Part shown: piece after piece, positions 1 to 10,493 of the stretch
Position numbering within the stretch: the first letter of the stretch is position 1
Layout: the number at the start of each line of letters is the position of its first letter
Origin: an uncultured Bacillota bacterium
GTDB lineage: Bacteria; Bacillota_I; Bacilli_A; RFN20; CAG-449
Length of the DNA: 64,000 nt
Direction of reading: 5' to 3'
Assembly (NCBI GenBank): GCA_905204225.1
Contig: CAJKZK010000001.1
Span: forward strand, 4,506-68,505
Notes under the pieces: generated by a model
The model's database searches: none
Told to the model about the DNA's origin: nothing
What the model saw: the letters and a program-made list of their open reading frames with translations, nothing else
Translations under genes and position numbers: made by a program

Positions 1-675
1 TGTAAAGAAGTTTGTGATGAAGGTATAAGAATGATGGAACTTGTTTATAATGGTATTTTGTTTGAAATACTAGATAAATTAGGTAAAATGCCTTTACCAC
101 CTTATATTCATAAACAATGTGAAGATAATTCTAGATATCAAACAGTTTATGCGAAAGTTGAAGGATCAGCAGCAGCACCGACAGCAGGATTTCATTTTAC
201 AAATGAATTATTTGATAAAATAAAACAAAAAGGCATTGAAGTTCTAGATGTTACTTTACATATTGGATTAGGCACATTTAGACCAGTAAAAACTAATAAT
301 ATTCTTGAACATCATATGCATTCAGAAGAATTTGAGATGACTCAAGAAGTGGCTGATAAATTAAATAAAGCAAAACAAGAAAATAGAAGAATTATTGCGA
401 TTGGCACGACTTCAACTAGAACATTAGAAGCAATTTATAAAAAATATGGTAAATTTGTTGCAACTAAAGAATCTACAAATATTTTTATTTATCCAGGATA
501 CAAATACGAAGCTATTAATGCTTTAATTACAAATTTCCATTTACCTAAATCTACTTTAATAATGCTTGTTTCTGCTTTAGCAGGCAAAGATTTTATTTTA
601 AAAGCATATAATGAAGCAGTTAAAGAAAAATATCGTTTCTTCTCTTTTGGAGATGCAATGTTTATCCATGAATAA
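1..675 (+). CDS. queA: S-adenosylmethionine:tRNA ribosyltransferase-isomerase QueA, 5'-truncated by the window edge (frame is open back to position 1)
   Basis: C-terminal QueA motifs ([17 protein letters not shown]). The reading frame continues upstream of position 1. Confidence 0.8.
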   Translation, partial: CKEVCDEGIRMMELVYNGILFEILDKLGKMPLPPYIHKQCEDNSRYQTVYAKVEGSAAAPTAGFHFTNELFDKIKQKGIEVLDVTLHIGLGTFRPVKTNNILEHHMHSEEFEMTQEVADKLNKAKQENRRIIAIGTTSTRTLEAIYKKYGKFVATKESTNIFIYPGYKYEAINALITNFHLPKSTLIMLVSALAGKDFILKAYNEAVKEKYRFFSFGDAMFIHE

Positions 676-1312
676 TAAAAAAACATTATATTATGATAAA
701 TCTATCGAAGAAATAGAAAATATAAAAAAATTAAATAAAAAACCTATTTTAGGAATTCATGTTTGCTGTGGACCATGTTCAACATTTCCATTACTTTTTC
801 TTGCACCTTATTTTCAAATAAAAATATTATATTGTAATTCAAATATATATCCAAGCGATGAATATTATCGAAGATTAAATGAATTAAAAAAATATGTAGA
901 AATATTTAATAAAGAACATTCTCAAGATGTAGAAATAATTGAATTTGAATATGATAACATTTCATATAACAAAGATTTAGAACCATATAAAGATGATTAT
1001 GAAGGTGGCAATAGATGTAAACTATGTTATGAAAAACGAATGGATATGACCTATAAATACGCTGATGAACATAATTATGATTATTTCACTACTGTTATGA
1101 CTATATCAAGACAAAAAAATTCTTATGTATTAAATGAAATAGGAGAAAAATTATCTCATAAGTATAAAACAAAATATTTTTATTCTGACTTCAAAAAGAA
1201 ACAAGGGATAGATAAATCAATAGAATTAAGAAAAAAATATAATCTTTATAATCAAGAATATTGTGGATGTATATATTCATATCAAAAATATTTAGAAAAA
1301 ATAAGCAAATAA
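668..1312 (+). CDS. queH: Epoxyqueuosine reductase QueH (DUF208). The likely start is the ATG at 668, overlapping the queA stop; the ORF-track start at 611 looks too long.
   Basis: HVCCGPCS Cys motif typical of QueH. Adjacent to queA. Confidence 0.65.
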   Translation: MNNKKTLYYDKSIEEIENIKKLNKKPILGIHVCCGPCSTFPLLFLAPYFQIKILYCNSNIYPSDEYYRRLNELKKYVEIFNKEHSQDVEIIEFEYDNISYNKDLEPYKDDYEGGNRCKLCYEKRMDMTYKYADEHNYDYFTTVMTISRQKNSYVLNEIGEKLSHKYKTKYFYSDFKKKQGIDKSIELRKKYNLYNQEYCGCIYSYQKYLEKISK

Positions 1313-1367
1313 AAAGGTGTAAATAAATTTTACACCTTATATAAGATAGACTTGATAGTCTATTTTT
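1313..1367. terminator. Pair of hairpins (aaggtgtaaa..ttacacctt and atagact-tga-tagtctat followed by a T-run) forming a bidirectional terminator between the convergent queH and lipoprotein genes
   Basis: Inverted repeats with flanking T/A runs, read directly from the sequence. Confidence 0.6.
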
Positions 1368-2484
1368 ATTTTGCTGTTAAACCAGATTTATTTGTAAATG
1401 AATTACCAGCTGCTACTGCAAAGTCTTCCATAGTGATTGTACAACCTGGAACTTCAACTGTACCATTAGGATTGTGGTTTGATTTATATGTTTTACCAGC
1501 AATTTCACTTGCAATTTTACCTTTTGCATATTTTGCAAAGTTATCAGCTTGTGTGAACCATTCACCAGCAGTTGCTTTATCTTTCATTGCATATAATTCT
1601 TTTAATTCACGTTTTGAAAGAACAGATGTATAATATTTGTTAGCTTCAGATTCAACTGTATGGCCTTTGAAATTTTCAGCTTTTGTTTGAGTTTTTGTTG
1701 TATCAATTGCAATTTTTGGTTCTGTAACTTTTGTTCCATCTACTGTAACAGGAATTTGATATGCATTGATTGATGTTTCATAAATTTTTCCATCTTTATC
1801 TGTTGCAGAACCTGCTAATGTAACTGTTAAAACGTTATCTTTTGATAATGCAGAAACTTTATAACCTAAACCAGCACTTACTTTTCCAGCAGGAGCTTTG
1901 AATGTTTTTGTATCTGTAATAACTTTTAAAGCTGTTGTGAAGTTCTTTTGGCTAATTGAGCAACCAGTAACAACTTCTGTTCCTTTTTCATTGTAATGAC
2001 TCTTATAATTTTTTGAAGTAACTTCATCAATTGTTTTACCAACTGTGTATTTAGCAAAGTTAGCAGCTTGAACATTCCATTCACCTTCTGCTGCGGTTGA
2101 AGCCATTCCATATCTTGTTTTTAATTCTTGTTTTGTTTCAATTACTTTGTCACCAGCATCTTTTGTTTGGTTTTTAGTTGTGTCTAAAGAAACTGTATAA
2201 GTGACTTTTTCAGTCTTTTTATCTGTTGTAGAATCAATTTTGAAAGGTGCTTGTAATACATCAAAATATGCATCGACAATCTTATCTCCTTTTAAAATAA
2301 CAGCTGCTGTACTAACTTCGATTTGGTTTGCATTTGAACCTAAAGCAACATAAGATCCTACTTTAAGAGTGAAATTAACTTCATCGTTTGTTGCAGGTTT
2401 TGATGATGATGTACCTGTACCATTACATGCTACGAGCATTAATCCCATTGCTAAAACAGGTAATACTTTTAATTTTTTATTCAT
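1366..2484 (-). CDS. Surface lipoprotein with two tandem FMN_bind-like domains (PplA-like candidate flavinylation substrate)
   Basis: Signal peptide with lipobox LVAC. Two internal repeats ending ...VVTGCSISQ and ...VEVPGCTIT, resembling the FMN_bind DxxSGAT motif. Sits next to an ApbE gene. Confidence 0.55.
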   Translation of the reverse strand: MNKKLKVLPVLAMGLMLVACNGTGTSSSKPATNDEVNFTLKVGSYVALGSNANQIEVSTAAVILKGDKIVDAYFDVLQAPFKIDSTTDKKTEKVTYTVSLDTTKNQTKDAGDKVIETKQELKTRYGMASTAAEGEWNVQAANFAKYTVGKTIDEVTSKNYKSHYNEKGTEVVTGCSISQKNFTTALKVITDTKTFKAPAGKVSAGLGYKVSALSKDNVLTVTLAGSATDKDGKIYETSINAYQIPVTVDGTKVTEPKIAIDTTKTQTKAENFKGHTVESEANKYYTSVLSKRELKELYAMKDKATAGEWFTQADNFAKYAKGKIASEIAGKTYKSNHNPNGTVEVPGCTITMEDFAVAAGNSFTNKSGLTAK

Positions 2485-2595
2485 AAATAAATATATCCTC
2501 CTTGAATAAAATCAATTATATTATAGCTTAATAAATTAAAATGTAAACAAAATCGATAAAAGTTTATTTAATTGGTTTAATTCTAATTTAATTTA

Positions 2596-3096
2596 TTAAA
2601 TTCTATTTAGCTTTTTTATAACTAATGATGAAATTATAGCAATAAAAACACTTGAAATAATACTTGATAATAAAATAATTGGTAAATATAGAATCATACC
2701 TTTCTCTATGATTATCATTGCACATAATATTTGTCCTAGACAATGAAATATAGCGGACACAGTACTAAGGGTATATATTGATATCTTTTTAATAAAACTA
2801 AATAATATTACCATAATTGATGAAAGTAAAAAGCCGGATAATGATAATAAAAATGAATTTGAGAATAAACCATTAAACATAACTCCTACTAATAACACTC
2901 GTAGTATGCCAATAGAAAAATATTCTTTTCTACCATAATAATATAAAACTATTAAATTTACTGTATTAGCTAAACCTAATTTTACACCTGGAAAAGATAC
3001 AAATAGAGGAACTAATGATTCTATGTAATTTAGTAAAGTTGCTAAAGCTAGAAACATCGCTAAGGTTGTTAATTTTTTTATTTTATTGTTTCTCAT
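2596..3096 (-). CDS. Gx transporter family / heptaprenyl-diphosphate-synthase-component-I-like small polytopic membrane protein
   Basis: 166 aa with about 5 TM helices. Its position next to a NusG-II protein and ApbE is typical for this family. Confidence 0.45.
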   Translation of the reverse strand: MRNNKIKKLTTLAMFLALATLLNYIESLVPLFVSFPGVKLGLANTVNLIVLYYYGRKEYFSIGILRVLLVGVMFNGLFSNSFLLSLSGFLLSSIMVILFSFIKKISIYTLSTVSAIFHCLGQILCAMIIIEKGMILYLPIILLSSIISSVFIAIISSLVIKKLNRI

Positions 3097-3105
3097 AATT
3101 AGTAC

Positions 3106-3603
3106 CTACACGATAATATCATCATCAGGAGTAGATGAAGAATTAACAATTTTTATTCTAACATAATTAGGCATACAAACTAATGGTGGATTATTTGGGT
3201 TGGAAATAGAACCTTGGTTTGAGCATATATGATTTGGTGATGTTTCTTTAACAATGGTTACTTTTTTATTGTTTATTTCGATTACTAAATCGTCTAATAA
3301 TAATGAATTATTTGCAAATTTTCTATCACTTGTAGTTGGATAAATATCATCATATTTATTTGATATGTCTTCTTTGAATAATATAATATATCTAGGATCT
3401 AAATCGTCTTTAGAAGGAGCTAAATCTGTTTTATAAATAACTTTGTTATCATAATATACTTCTACTTTAGCATTATCATTATTACTAGGAAATAAATAAA
3501 TAAAAAGTGTAAAAAATAAAGATATAAAAACGGTTGAAATAATGACAATTATATCAACTTTATTCCAGTCTAAGGCGAATGTTTTTTTGCTTTCTATTCT
3601 CAT
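3106..3603 (-). CDS. NusG domain II-containing membrane-anchored protein
   Basis: N-terminal TM helix plus a C-terminal domain with ICSNQG...LVCMPN motifs. Typical partner of Gx transporter genes. Confidence 0.45.
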   Translation of the reverse strand: MRIESKKTFALDWNKVDIIVIISTVFISLFFTLFIYLFPSNNDNAKVEVYYDNKVIYKTDLAPSKDDLDPRYIILFKEDISNKYDDIYPTTSDRKFANNSLLLDDLVIEINNKKVTIVKETSPNHICSNQGSISNPNNPPLVCMPNYVRIKIVNSSSTPDDDIIV

Positions 3604-3608
3604 AATAA

Positions 3609-5003
3609 TTAATAGTCTAAATTATGATAAATAACTTTGCAATCAGTTGGATTACTTTTTGTAAATAATTTATTTTTTTGAATACCTTTTGAAAGGTAAA
3701 CATCGACTTTTTCTTCTTTAGTTGGATTATCTTTTTTAAAGAAAACAAACTCTAAATCACCAAAATTATTATCGTTTCTTATTTTAGTTACATAATCTTT
3801 TATTTCGTCAAATGAACAATTAGATAAGATAGTTGATAAAGCGTCCATTTTAGTAGAAGAAATTGTATTAGAAATTAATAATATTTGGTTATAATAATCA
3901 TTAGGATAACCTGTAGTAGGATCAATAATATGATTTCTTAAAACAATATTATCGCCTATTTGCTTATAATAAAAATTTACTTGTGCTCCAGAAGTTGAAA
4001 TAGAATATTTTTTATTATCAAGTTTTACTTTACCTAAATATTGATAATTAACACCATAAGGATTTGATAATGCAATTGACCAATTATCAGAAAAAACTCT
4101 ATCACCGAAAAAGACCATTGAAGAAGTACCAGCATTCACCATTCCATAAGTTAAATCATTATCTTTATATCTTTGATATAAATTTTCAGTTAAATAACCT
4201 TTTCCAATACCTCCAAGAGTAATAGAAACTTTTTCTGCATTTTTATATTTATTAAACTTTACTTGATATGGATATTTGGTATTCTCTGAATCTTCTTTAA
4301 ATTCTAAAATAGTATTTAAATCATTCACTTGTGGTGTTTCATTTAAGCATATATTAATTTCTTCACTTGTTGGATCTTTATTATATTTATAGTTATCTTC
4401 TTTATCACCAAACATGATATTATTATAAGAAATATATCTATCCCACATATCTGAAAGTTCACCTACAAAAATATTGAATTTTCCATCACTAAATTTAGAT
4501 AACTCAATTGATTCTTTTAGTATTTGATATAAACGCGTATCAATATTAATCCATTTATTAGTTCCATAACTATCATTGATAACTTTTAAATTAGGAATAA
4601 GATTATCATCTTCATCAAAATAATAATAATGTCTATCAAATAAATAATGTGTGGTAGCAGTATATTCTCCTAAAATATTTTCAATAGAATTAATAACTTT
4701 AGTTGAAGTTAATTTTTCTTTTGCGTATCTAGTATAGAGTACATTTGTGTTAAATGGATTAATGCTAACACTTTCTTTTTTTTCAATATCATTATAAGCT
4801 AAAACTGGCTTAATTTGGGCAAGAATAGGGTAGTTTTCATCATTTAATGAACTTATATTTGTTCTACAATACTTGTTTTCAACATAGTCAGAAAAAATGG
4901 ATGTATCTAAAGAATAAGAATATTTTATAGGATCTTTTTGACAAGATGTGAATGTTGTAGCACTTAAAATTAAAAATGTAAGTATCTTATTTTTGTTTTT
5001 CAT
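3609..5003 (-). CDS. apbE: ApbE-family FAD:protein FMN transferase lipoprotein (extracytosolic flavinylation enzyme, FmnB-like)
   Basis: Lipobox FTSC. GGIGKGY motif matching the ApbE GxxAKGY consensus. 464 aa. Confidence 0.65.
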   Translation of the reverse strand: MKNKNKILTFLILSATTFTSCQKDPIKYSYSLDTSIFSDYVENKYCRTNISSLNDENYPILAQIKPVLAYNDIEKKESVSINPFNTNVLYTRYAKEKLTSTKVINSIENILGEYTATTHYLFDRHYYYFDEDDNLIPNLKVINDSYGTNKWINIDTRLYQILKESIELSKFSDGKFNIFVGELSDMWDRYISYNNIMFGDKEDNYKYNKDPTSEEINICLNETPQVNDLNTILEFKEDSENTKYPYQVKFNKYKNAEKVSITLGGIGKGYLTENLYQRYKDNDLTYGMVNAGTSSMVFFGDRVFSDNWSIALSNPYGVNYQYLGKVKLDNKKYSISTSGAQVNFYYKQIGDNIVLRNHIIDPTTGYPNDYYNQILLISNTISSTKMDALSTILSNCSFDEIKDYVTKIRNDNNFGDLEFVFFKKDNPTKEEKVDVYLSKGIQKNKLFTKSNPTDCKVIYHNLDY

Positions 5004-5359
5004 TTAAAATCCCTCAAGCATAATTATGATAGTCTATAAGAAAGGTTTTGACAATATTTTATTATTTATACAAAATTTTATTTATTTGTATGAAGCAAAA
5101 AGAAACACGGAAAGGAGTTGTCATTAATACGCGTGCATGCGCGTTATTATCATATAAACAAAAAAATAAAATAAAAAATTGTAAATAAATTGTTGACATC
5201 TTCTTTTCTATATAGTAATCTTTAAAAGGTTGACGCCTATTATAGTCACCACGTTGACGTGTAAGATTGCTAAACACGGATGTCCGTTGTCAACAGGAAG
5301 TTTAGGTCACTTACATCGAGTGGAATGTCTAGCCAGATTTAGACAAGGAGGAAATTAAA
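5004..5359. promoter_or_regulatory. 356-bp divergent intergenic region between the ApbE operon and rpsJ, containing promoter elements and a structured rpsJ 5' leader
   Basis: TTGACA at 5193. Repeated GTTGAC(G) motifs and short hairpins at 5250-5300. GC-rich ACGCGTGCATGCGCGT element at 5129-5144. RBS AGGAGG just before the rpsJ ATG. Confidence 0.4.
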
Positions 5360-5668
5360 ATGGCAAGTAAAAAAATCAGAATTCGCTTAAAAGCTTATGA
5401 TTATCGTATTCTTGATGTTTCAGTTGAGAAAATCATTGCTGCTGTTAAGAATTCTGGAGCAACAGTTGTTGGACCAATCCCTCTACCAACAGAGAAACAA
5501 GTCTATACAATTTTAAGAGCAGTTCACAAATATAAAGATGCTCGTGAACAATTCGAGATTAGAACTCACAAGAGATTAATCGATATCGTTAATCCAAACA
5601 AACAAACAATCGATACATTAACTCACTTAGATTTACCAAGTGGTGTTGATATCGAAATCAAATTATAA
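5360..5668 (+). CDS. rpsJ: 30S ribosomal protein S10
   Basis: Conserved S10 sequence. First gene of the S10 operon. Confidence 0.95.
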   Translation: MASKKIRIRLKAYDYRILDVSVEKIIAAVKNSGATVVGPIPLPTEKQVYTILRAVHKYKDAREQFEIRTHKRLIDIVNPNKQTIDTLTHLDLPSGVDIEIKL

Positions 5669-5685
5669 GAAAGGAGCAGAATACT

Positions 5686-6366
5686 ATGAAATCAATCGTA
5701 GGAAGAAAAATGGGTATGACTCAAGTTTTCGCTCAAGATGGAACAATGTATCCTGTTACCGTCATTGAAGTCTTACCTAATGTTGTTACACAAGTAAAAA
5801 CAATGGAAAAAGATGGTTACAACGCAATTCAAGTAGGTTATGAAGATAAAAAAGAAGTTCGTTGTACAAAACCAGAATTAGGACAATTAAAAAAAGCAAA
5901 TTGCTCACCTAAATATGTCTTAAAAGAAATCGCAACTGATACTCAATACAATGTTGGCGATGAAATTAAATGTGATATCTTTGCTGCAAATGATGTTATT
6001 GATGTAGTTGGTACAAGCAAAGGTCGTGGATTCTTAGGTGCAATCCAAAGATATGGTTACACAATTGGTCCTAAAGGACACGGTTCTGGATACCATAGAG
6101 GCTCTGGATCATTTGCTACAAATGGTAGAACAAACAACAGAGTTCACCCAGGAAAGAAATCAGCTGGTCATGAAGGTAATGAAAGAGTTACAATTCAAAA
6201 TTTAACAATTGTTTCAGTTGATGCTGAACATAATGCAATTTTAGTTAAAGGTGCAGTTCCTGGACCAAAGAAATCAATCGTTGTATTAAAGAGTGCTGTA
6301 AAAGCTTCATTAGTAAAACCAAATATTAAAGAATTAGTAAATTACAGCGCATCAAAAGCTGAATAA
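5686..6366 (+). CDS. rplC: 50S ribosomal protein L3
   Basis: GRKMGMTQVF motif. Operon position. Confidence 0.95.
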   Translation: MKSIVGRKMGMTQVFAQDGTMYPVTVIEVLPNVVTQVKTMEKDGYNAIQVGYEDKKEVRCTKPELGQLKKANCSPKYVLKEIATDTQYNVGDEIKCDIFAANDVIDVVGTSKGRGFLGAIQRYGYTIGPKGHGSGYHRGSGSFATNGRTNNRVHPGKKSAGHEGNERVTIQNLTIVSVDAEHNAILVKGAVPGPKKSIVVLKSAVKASLVKPNIKELVNYSASKAE

Positions 6367-6386
6367 CTTGGAAAGGAGAATTAAAT

Positions 6387-7019
6387 ATGGCAAAAAGAAT
6401 TAGCATGGTAGTTCTTAACCAAAATGGTGAAGAATTAGAAAAGAAAGTTAATTTAAATGGCGATGTATTCGGAATTGAACCAAATACACAAGTCATGTTC
6501 GATGCAGTCCAAGTTTATCAAGCAAACAAAAGACAAGCGACTGCAAAAACAAAAACTAGAGCTGAAGTTCGCGGTGGTGGTAAAAAACCATGGAGACAAA
6601 AAGGCACTGGTAGAGCTAGAGCTGGATCAAGTCGTTCACCAATTTGGGTTGGTGGTGGAACAGTCTTCGGACCAATTGGAAACCAAAACTTCAAATTAAA
6701 AATGAATAAAAAATCACATGCTCTTGCATTAAAATCTGCTTTATCAATTAAAGCAAGTGAAAAAAATATTGTTTTAGTAGATAATTTAACTTCTGCAAAA
6801 ACAAAAGATGTTGTTAAAACATTAGAAGCTTTAAAAGTTGATTCTAAAGCATTAGTTGTTTTAGCAAAAGAAAATGAAGAATTTACTAGAGCAGCAAGAA
6901 ACGTTCCATTCGTTAAAGTTGTTCTTGCAAATAATGTAAGTGTCTATGATTTAATGAATTCAACAAAATTAGTTATGACAGTAGACGCTGCTAAAACAGT
7001 AGAAGGAGGACTTAAATAA
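6387..7019 (+). CDS. rplD: 50S ribosomal protein L4
   Basis: L4 sequence. Operon position. Confidence 0.95.
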   Translation: MAKRISMVVLNQNGEELEKKVNLNGDVFGIEPNTQVMFDAVQVYQANKRQATAKTKTRAEVRGGGKKPWRQKGTGRARAGSSRSPIWVGGGTVFGPIGNQNFKLKMNKKSHALALKSALSIKASEKNIVLVDNLTSAKTKDVVKTLEALKVDSKALVVLAKENEEFTRAARNVPFVKVVLANNVSVYDLMNSTKLVMTVDAAKTVEGGLK

Positions 7020-7372
7020 TGGCAAAAGAAAAAGAAGTTGAAGTAGTTGCAGAAAGAAAATTTGCTGCTCCAACACTTAAAGCATTAGATGTTATTATTG
7101 CTCCAGTTGTTACTGAAAAAACAATGAAACTTCAACAAGAAGAAAATAAAGTTACTGTTAAAGTTTCACCAAAAGCAAATAAAACAGAAGTTAAAATTGC
7201 TTTTGAATCAATCTTCAATGTAAAAGTTGTTGATGTAAATATTGTAAACGTCCGTGCTAAAGCTAAAAGAGTTGGACGTTATGAAGGTAAAGTTTCAGGC
7301 TATAAGAAAGCAATCATTACTTTATCTCCAGAAGAAAACTTAAATTTAATGGCACAAGATGCTGCTAAATAA
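7019..7372 (+). CDS. rplW: 50S ribosomal protein L23
   Basis: TAATG overlap with rplD. L23 sequence. Confidence 0.93.
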   Translation: MAKEKEVEVVAERKFAAPTLKALDVIIAPVVTEKTMKLQQEENKVTVKVSPKANKTEVKIAFESIFNVKVVDVNIVNVRAKAKRVGRYEGKVSGYKKAIITLSPEENLNLMAQDAAK

Positions 7373-7410
7373 TTAAGTATATTATATAAGATAAATATAG
7401 GAGAAAAAAT

Positions 7411-8244
7411 ATGTCAATAAGAGGTTATAAACCAACGACTCCAAGTCGCCGTCATATGACGAATTCCACATTTAGTGAAATTACAACTTCCACTCCTGAA
7501 AAAAGCTTGTTAGTTTCTATTAAGAAAACAGGTGGTCGTAACAATAATGGTTGTATCACAACACGCCATATCGGAGGTGGACATAAAAGAAAGTACAGAA
7601 TTATCGATTTCAAAAGAAATAAAGATGATATCTTAGGTACTGTAGCAACTGTTGAATACGATCCAAATAGAAATGCAAATATCTGCTTAATTAATTATCT
7701 TGATGGTGAAAAAAGATACATTATCGCACCACAAGGATTAAAAGTTGGAGATAAGATTGTTTCAGGAGATGCTTGTGATATTAAAACAGGTAATGCAATG
7801 CAACTTGCAAATATTCCTGAAGGTACATTAGTTCATAACGTTGAACTTGCACCTGGTAAAGGTGGACAAATGTGCCGTGCTGCTGGAACTTCTGCTCAAG
7901 TTCTTGGTAGAGAAGGTAAATATACAATTTTACGTTTAGCTTCTGGTGAAGTTAGAAAAGTTCTTAGTACATGCCGTGCAACAATTGGTGCTGTTGGCAA
8001 TGAAGATTGGAACTTAGTTAACTTTGGTAAAGCTGGTAAATCAAGATGGTTAGGCGTTCGTCCTACTGTTCGTGGTTCTGTAATGAACCCTAATGATCAC
8101 CCACATGGTGGTGGTGAAGGTAAATGTCCTGTTGGACGTGATGCTCCTAGAACACCTTGGGGTAAACGTGCTCTTGGTGTCAAGACTAGAGATACTAAAA
8201 AAGCAAGTAATAAATTAATCGTCAGAAGACGTAATGGTAAATAG
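7411..8244 (+). CDS. rplB: 50S ribosomal protein L2
   Basis: L2 motifs ([14 protein letters not shown]). Confidence 0.96.
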   Translation: MSIRGYKPTTPSRRHMTNSTFSEITTSTPEKSLLVSIKKTGGRNNNGCITTRHIGGGHKRKYRIIDFKRNKDDILGTVATVEYDPNRNANICLINYLDGEKRYIIAPQGLKVGDKIVSGDACDIKTGNAMQLANIPEGTLVHNVELAPGKGGQMCRAAGTSAQVLGREGKYTILRLASGEVRKVLSTCRATIGAVGNEDWNLVNFGKAGKSRWLGVRPTVRGSVMNPNDHPHGGGEGKCPVGRDAPRTPWGKRALGVKTRDTKKASNKLIVRRRNGK

Positions 8245-8262
8245 GAAAGGAGAAAATAGATA

Positions 8263-8556
8263 ATGGCACGTAGTATTAAAAAAGGCCCATTCATTGATAA
8301 ACATTTACAAAAGAAAGTTGATGCTTTGAATGCAGCTGGAAAACATGAATTAATTAAAACATGGTCAAGAAGATCTACTATCTTCCCATCATTTGTTGAA
8401 CATTCCTTTGCTGTTTATAACGGACACGAATTCATAACAGTTTATGTTACACAAGATATGGTTGGACATAAATTAGGTGAATTTGCTCCAACTAGAACAT
8501 TTAAAGGACATACTGGTCATACTGCTGAAGATAAAGCAGCAGCAGCTGGTAAATAA
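8263..8556 (+). CDS. rpsS: 30S ribosomal protein S19
   Basis: S19 sequence. Confidence 0.95.
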   Translation: MARSIKKGPFIDKHLQKKVDALNAAGKHELIKTWSRRSTIFPSFVEHSFAVYNGHEFITVYVTQDMVGHKLGEFAPTRTFKGHTGHTAEDKAAAAGK

Positions 8557-8569
8557 GGAGAGATAACTA

Positions 8570-8902
8570 ATGGAAGCAAAAGCAAAAGTTACTGGAGTTA
8601 GAATTACTCCTAGAAAAGTGCGCTTAGTTATTGATACTGTTAGAGGAAAGAATCTTGCTGTTGCATTAGGAATTCTCGCTAACATGAATCGCTCAGGTGT
8701 TACTGAAGTTACAAAATTAATTAAATCTACTGCAGCAAATGCAGTAAATAATAACAAAATGGATGAATCAAAATTATATATTGCTGAAATATATGCTTGC
8801 GATGGACCAAGACTTAAAAGATATCTTCCAAGAGCAAAAGGTTCTGCATCATCTATTTTAAAAAGAACATCACACATTACTTGTGTGATTAAAGAAAGAT
8901 AA
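8570..8902 (+). CDS. rplV: 50S ribosomal protein L22
   Basis: L22 sequence. Confidence 0.95.
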   Translation: MEAKAKVTGVRITPRKVRLVIDTVRGKNLAVALGILANMNRSGVTEVTKLIKSTAANAVNNNKMDESKLYIAEIYACDGPRLKRYLPRAKGSASSILKRTSHITCVIKER

Positions 8903-8919
8903 GAAAGGAGAAGCAAAAG

Positions 8920-9588
8920 ATGGGTCAAAAAGTAAATCCTGTTGGATTAAGAATCGGTATTAGCCGTGACTGGAATTCAAGATGGTATGCGAATAATAAA
9001 GATTTTGCTACTTTCTTAGATGAAGATATAAAAATTAGAAAATTTTTAGAAAATAAATTAAAAGATTGCTTATTATCACACATTGAAATTGAACGTATTA
9101 AAGGAAAAATCAATGTATCAATCTTTACAGCTGCTCCTGGCATGGTTTTAGGACAAGATGCTAAAAACATTAAAGAATTAACAGCTGCTGTTAATAAAGT
9201 TGTCAAAGGCAAAGAAATAAAATTAACTGTTGTTGAAGTTAAAAATCCTTCATTAGATGCAGTTATCGTTGCTAAAAAGATGGCTAAAGATCTTGAAGAA
9301 CGTGCTTCATTTAGAAGTGTTCAAAAAATGGCAATTCGTAATGTTTTAAAAGCTGGTGCTGTTGGTTGTAAAACAATGGTATCTGGACGTTTAGCAGGTG
9401 CTGATATTGCTCGTAGTGAAGGCTACAAAGAAGGTGTTGTTTCATTACATACATTACGTCAAGATGTTGACTATGCAGTTGCTGAAGCAAGCACTACTTA
9501 TGGAAAATTAGGATGTAAAGTTTGGATTTCTAAAGGTAAAATCGACCTTAAGAAAAAAGCTCTTCCTGATGAAGCGAAAGGAGAATAA
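8920..9588 (+). CDS. rpsC: 30S ribosomal protein S3
   Basis: S3 sequence (KH domain). Confidence 0.95.
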   Translation: MGQKVNPVGLRIGISRDWNSRWYANNKDFATFLDEDIKIRKFLENKLKDCLLSHIEIERIKGKINVSIFTAAPGMVLGQDAKNIKELTAAVNKVVKGKEIKLTVVEVKNPSLDAVIVAKKMAKDLEERASFRSVQKMAIRNVLKAGAVGCKTMVSGRLAGADIARSEGYKEGVVSLHTLRQDVDYAVAEASTTYGKLGCKVWISKGKIDLKKKALPDEAKGE

Positions 9589-9591
9589 TCT

Positions 9592-10002
9592 ATGTTACAA
9601 CCAAAAAGAGTTAAATATAGAAGACCACATGGCTTAAGCTATGAAGGTAAATCCAAAGCTGGTAATGAAGTATCATTTGGAGAATTCGGTTTACAAGCTC
9701 TTGAAGGCGAATACATTACAGCTAGACAAATCGAAGCTGCTCGTATCGTTTTATCAAGATATACTAATAGACAAGGACAAGTTTGGATTAGAATTTATCC
9801 TTCACATTGTAAAACAAAGAAACCTGCTCAAGTTCGTATGGGTTCTGGTAAAGGTTCACCAGATCAATGGGTTGCAGTCGTAAAGGCTGGAAGATGTATG
9901 TTTGAAATTGGCGGTGTCCCAGAAGCTACTGCACGTGAAGCATTACGTTTAGCAGCTTATAAACTTCCAATTCACACAAAAATTATTAAGAAAGGAGAGT
10001 AA
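9592..10002 (+). CDS. rplP: 50S ribosomal protein L16
   Basis: L16 sequence. Confidence 0.95.
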   Translation: MLQPKRVKYRRPHGLSYEGKSKAGNEVSFGEFGLQALEGEYITARQIEAARIVLSRYTNRQGQVWIRIYPSHCKTKKPAQVRMGSGKGSPDQWVAVVKAGRCMFEIGGVPEATAREALRLAAYKLPIHTKIIKKGE

Positions 10003-10007
10003 TAATT

Positions 10008-10205
10008 ATGAAATTATCTGAAATTAGAGAATTACAAACTACTGAACTTCAAGAAAAAGTTTATGAATTGAAACAAGAATTATTAACTCTTCGTTTCCAA
10101 CAAGCTACTGGTCAATTAGACAATGGCAAAAAGATTACTGCAGTTCGTAAAACAATCGCTCGCTGTTATACAGTATTAAAAGAGCGTGAACTCGGTATCA
10201 ACTAG
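10008..10205 (+). CDS. rpmC: 50S ribosomal protein L29
   Basis: L29 sequence. Confidence 0.93.
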   Translation: MKLSEIRELQTTELQEKVYELKQELLTLRFQQATGQLDNGKKITAVRKTIARCYTVLKERELGIN

Positions 10206-10216
10206 GAGGAATTATC

Positions 10217-10477
10217 ATGGAAAAAATTAATAGATCTTTTCAAGGTGTTGTTACTTCTGACAAGATGGATAAAACAATCACTGTCTTAGTTGAAACACAT
10301 AAAAAACATGCTAAATATGGTAAGCGTGTTCAATATATTAAAAAGTATAAAGCTCACGATGAAGAAAATACTGCAAAAGTAGGAGATATAGTTGTAATTG
10401 AAGAAACTAAACCATTATCTGCTACAAAGCATTTCCGTTTAGTAAAAGTCGTTGCTAGAGCTGAAGATGTTAAATAG
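10217..10477 (+). CDS. rpsQ: 30S ribosomal protein S17
   Basis: S17 sequence. Confidence 0.94.
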   Translation: MEKINRSFQGVVTSDKMDKTITVLVETHKKHAKYGKRVQYIKKYKAHDEENTAKVGDIVVIEETKPLSATKHFRLVKVVARAEDVK

Positions 10478-10493
10478 GAAAGGAGATTAAGTT

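Noticed and set aside
611-667. Upstream extensions of ORF-track starts (queH 611, rplF 12367, map 16382, rpoA 18400, rplM 29400, LRR 33428, rhamnulokinase 56069, SPFH 62213, GT2 63987, TCS genes 19873/20591)
   Set aside because: Internal ATGs preceded by good RBS and/or stop-start coupling give conventional N-termini. The longer versions overlap upstream genes or lack an RBS.
1352-1633. 93-aa plus-strand ORF overlapping the FMN-binding lipoprotein gene (also 1926-2111 minus)
   Set aside because: Antisense or alternate frame of a well-supported lipoprotein CDS.
5062-5277. 71-aa minus-strand ORF in the apbE/rpsJ intergenic region
   Set aside because: No RBS and low-complexity sequence. It lies over promoter/leader DNA, so it is most likely a chance ORF.
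6457-6699. Internal or antisense ORFs overlapping ribosomal protein genes (6457-6699, 8097-8294, 8473-8928, 8925-9212, 9641-9883, 11281-11574, 12079-12324, 13248-13535, 15893-16087, 17783-18095, 18396-18635)
   Set aside because: All lie inside highly conserved r-protein, secY or adk coding sequence in other frames. These are chance ORFs in AT-rich DNA.
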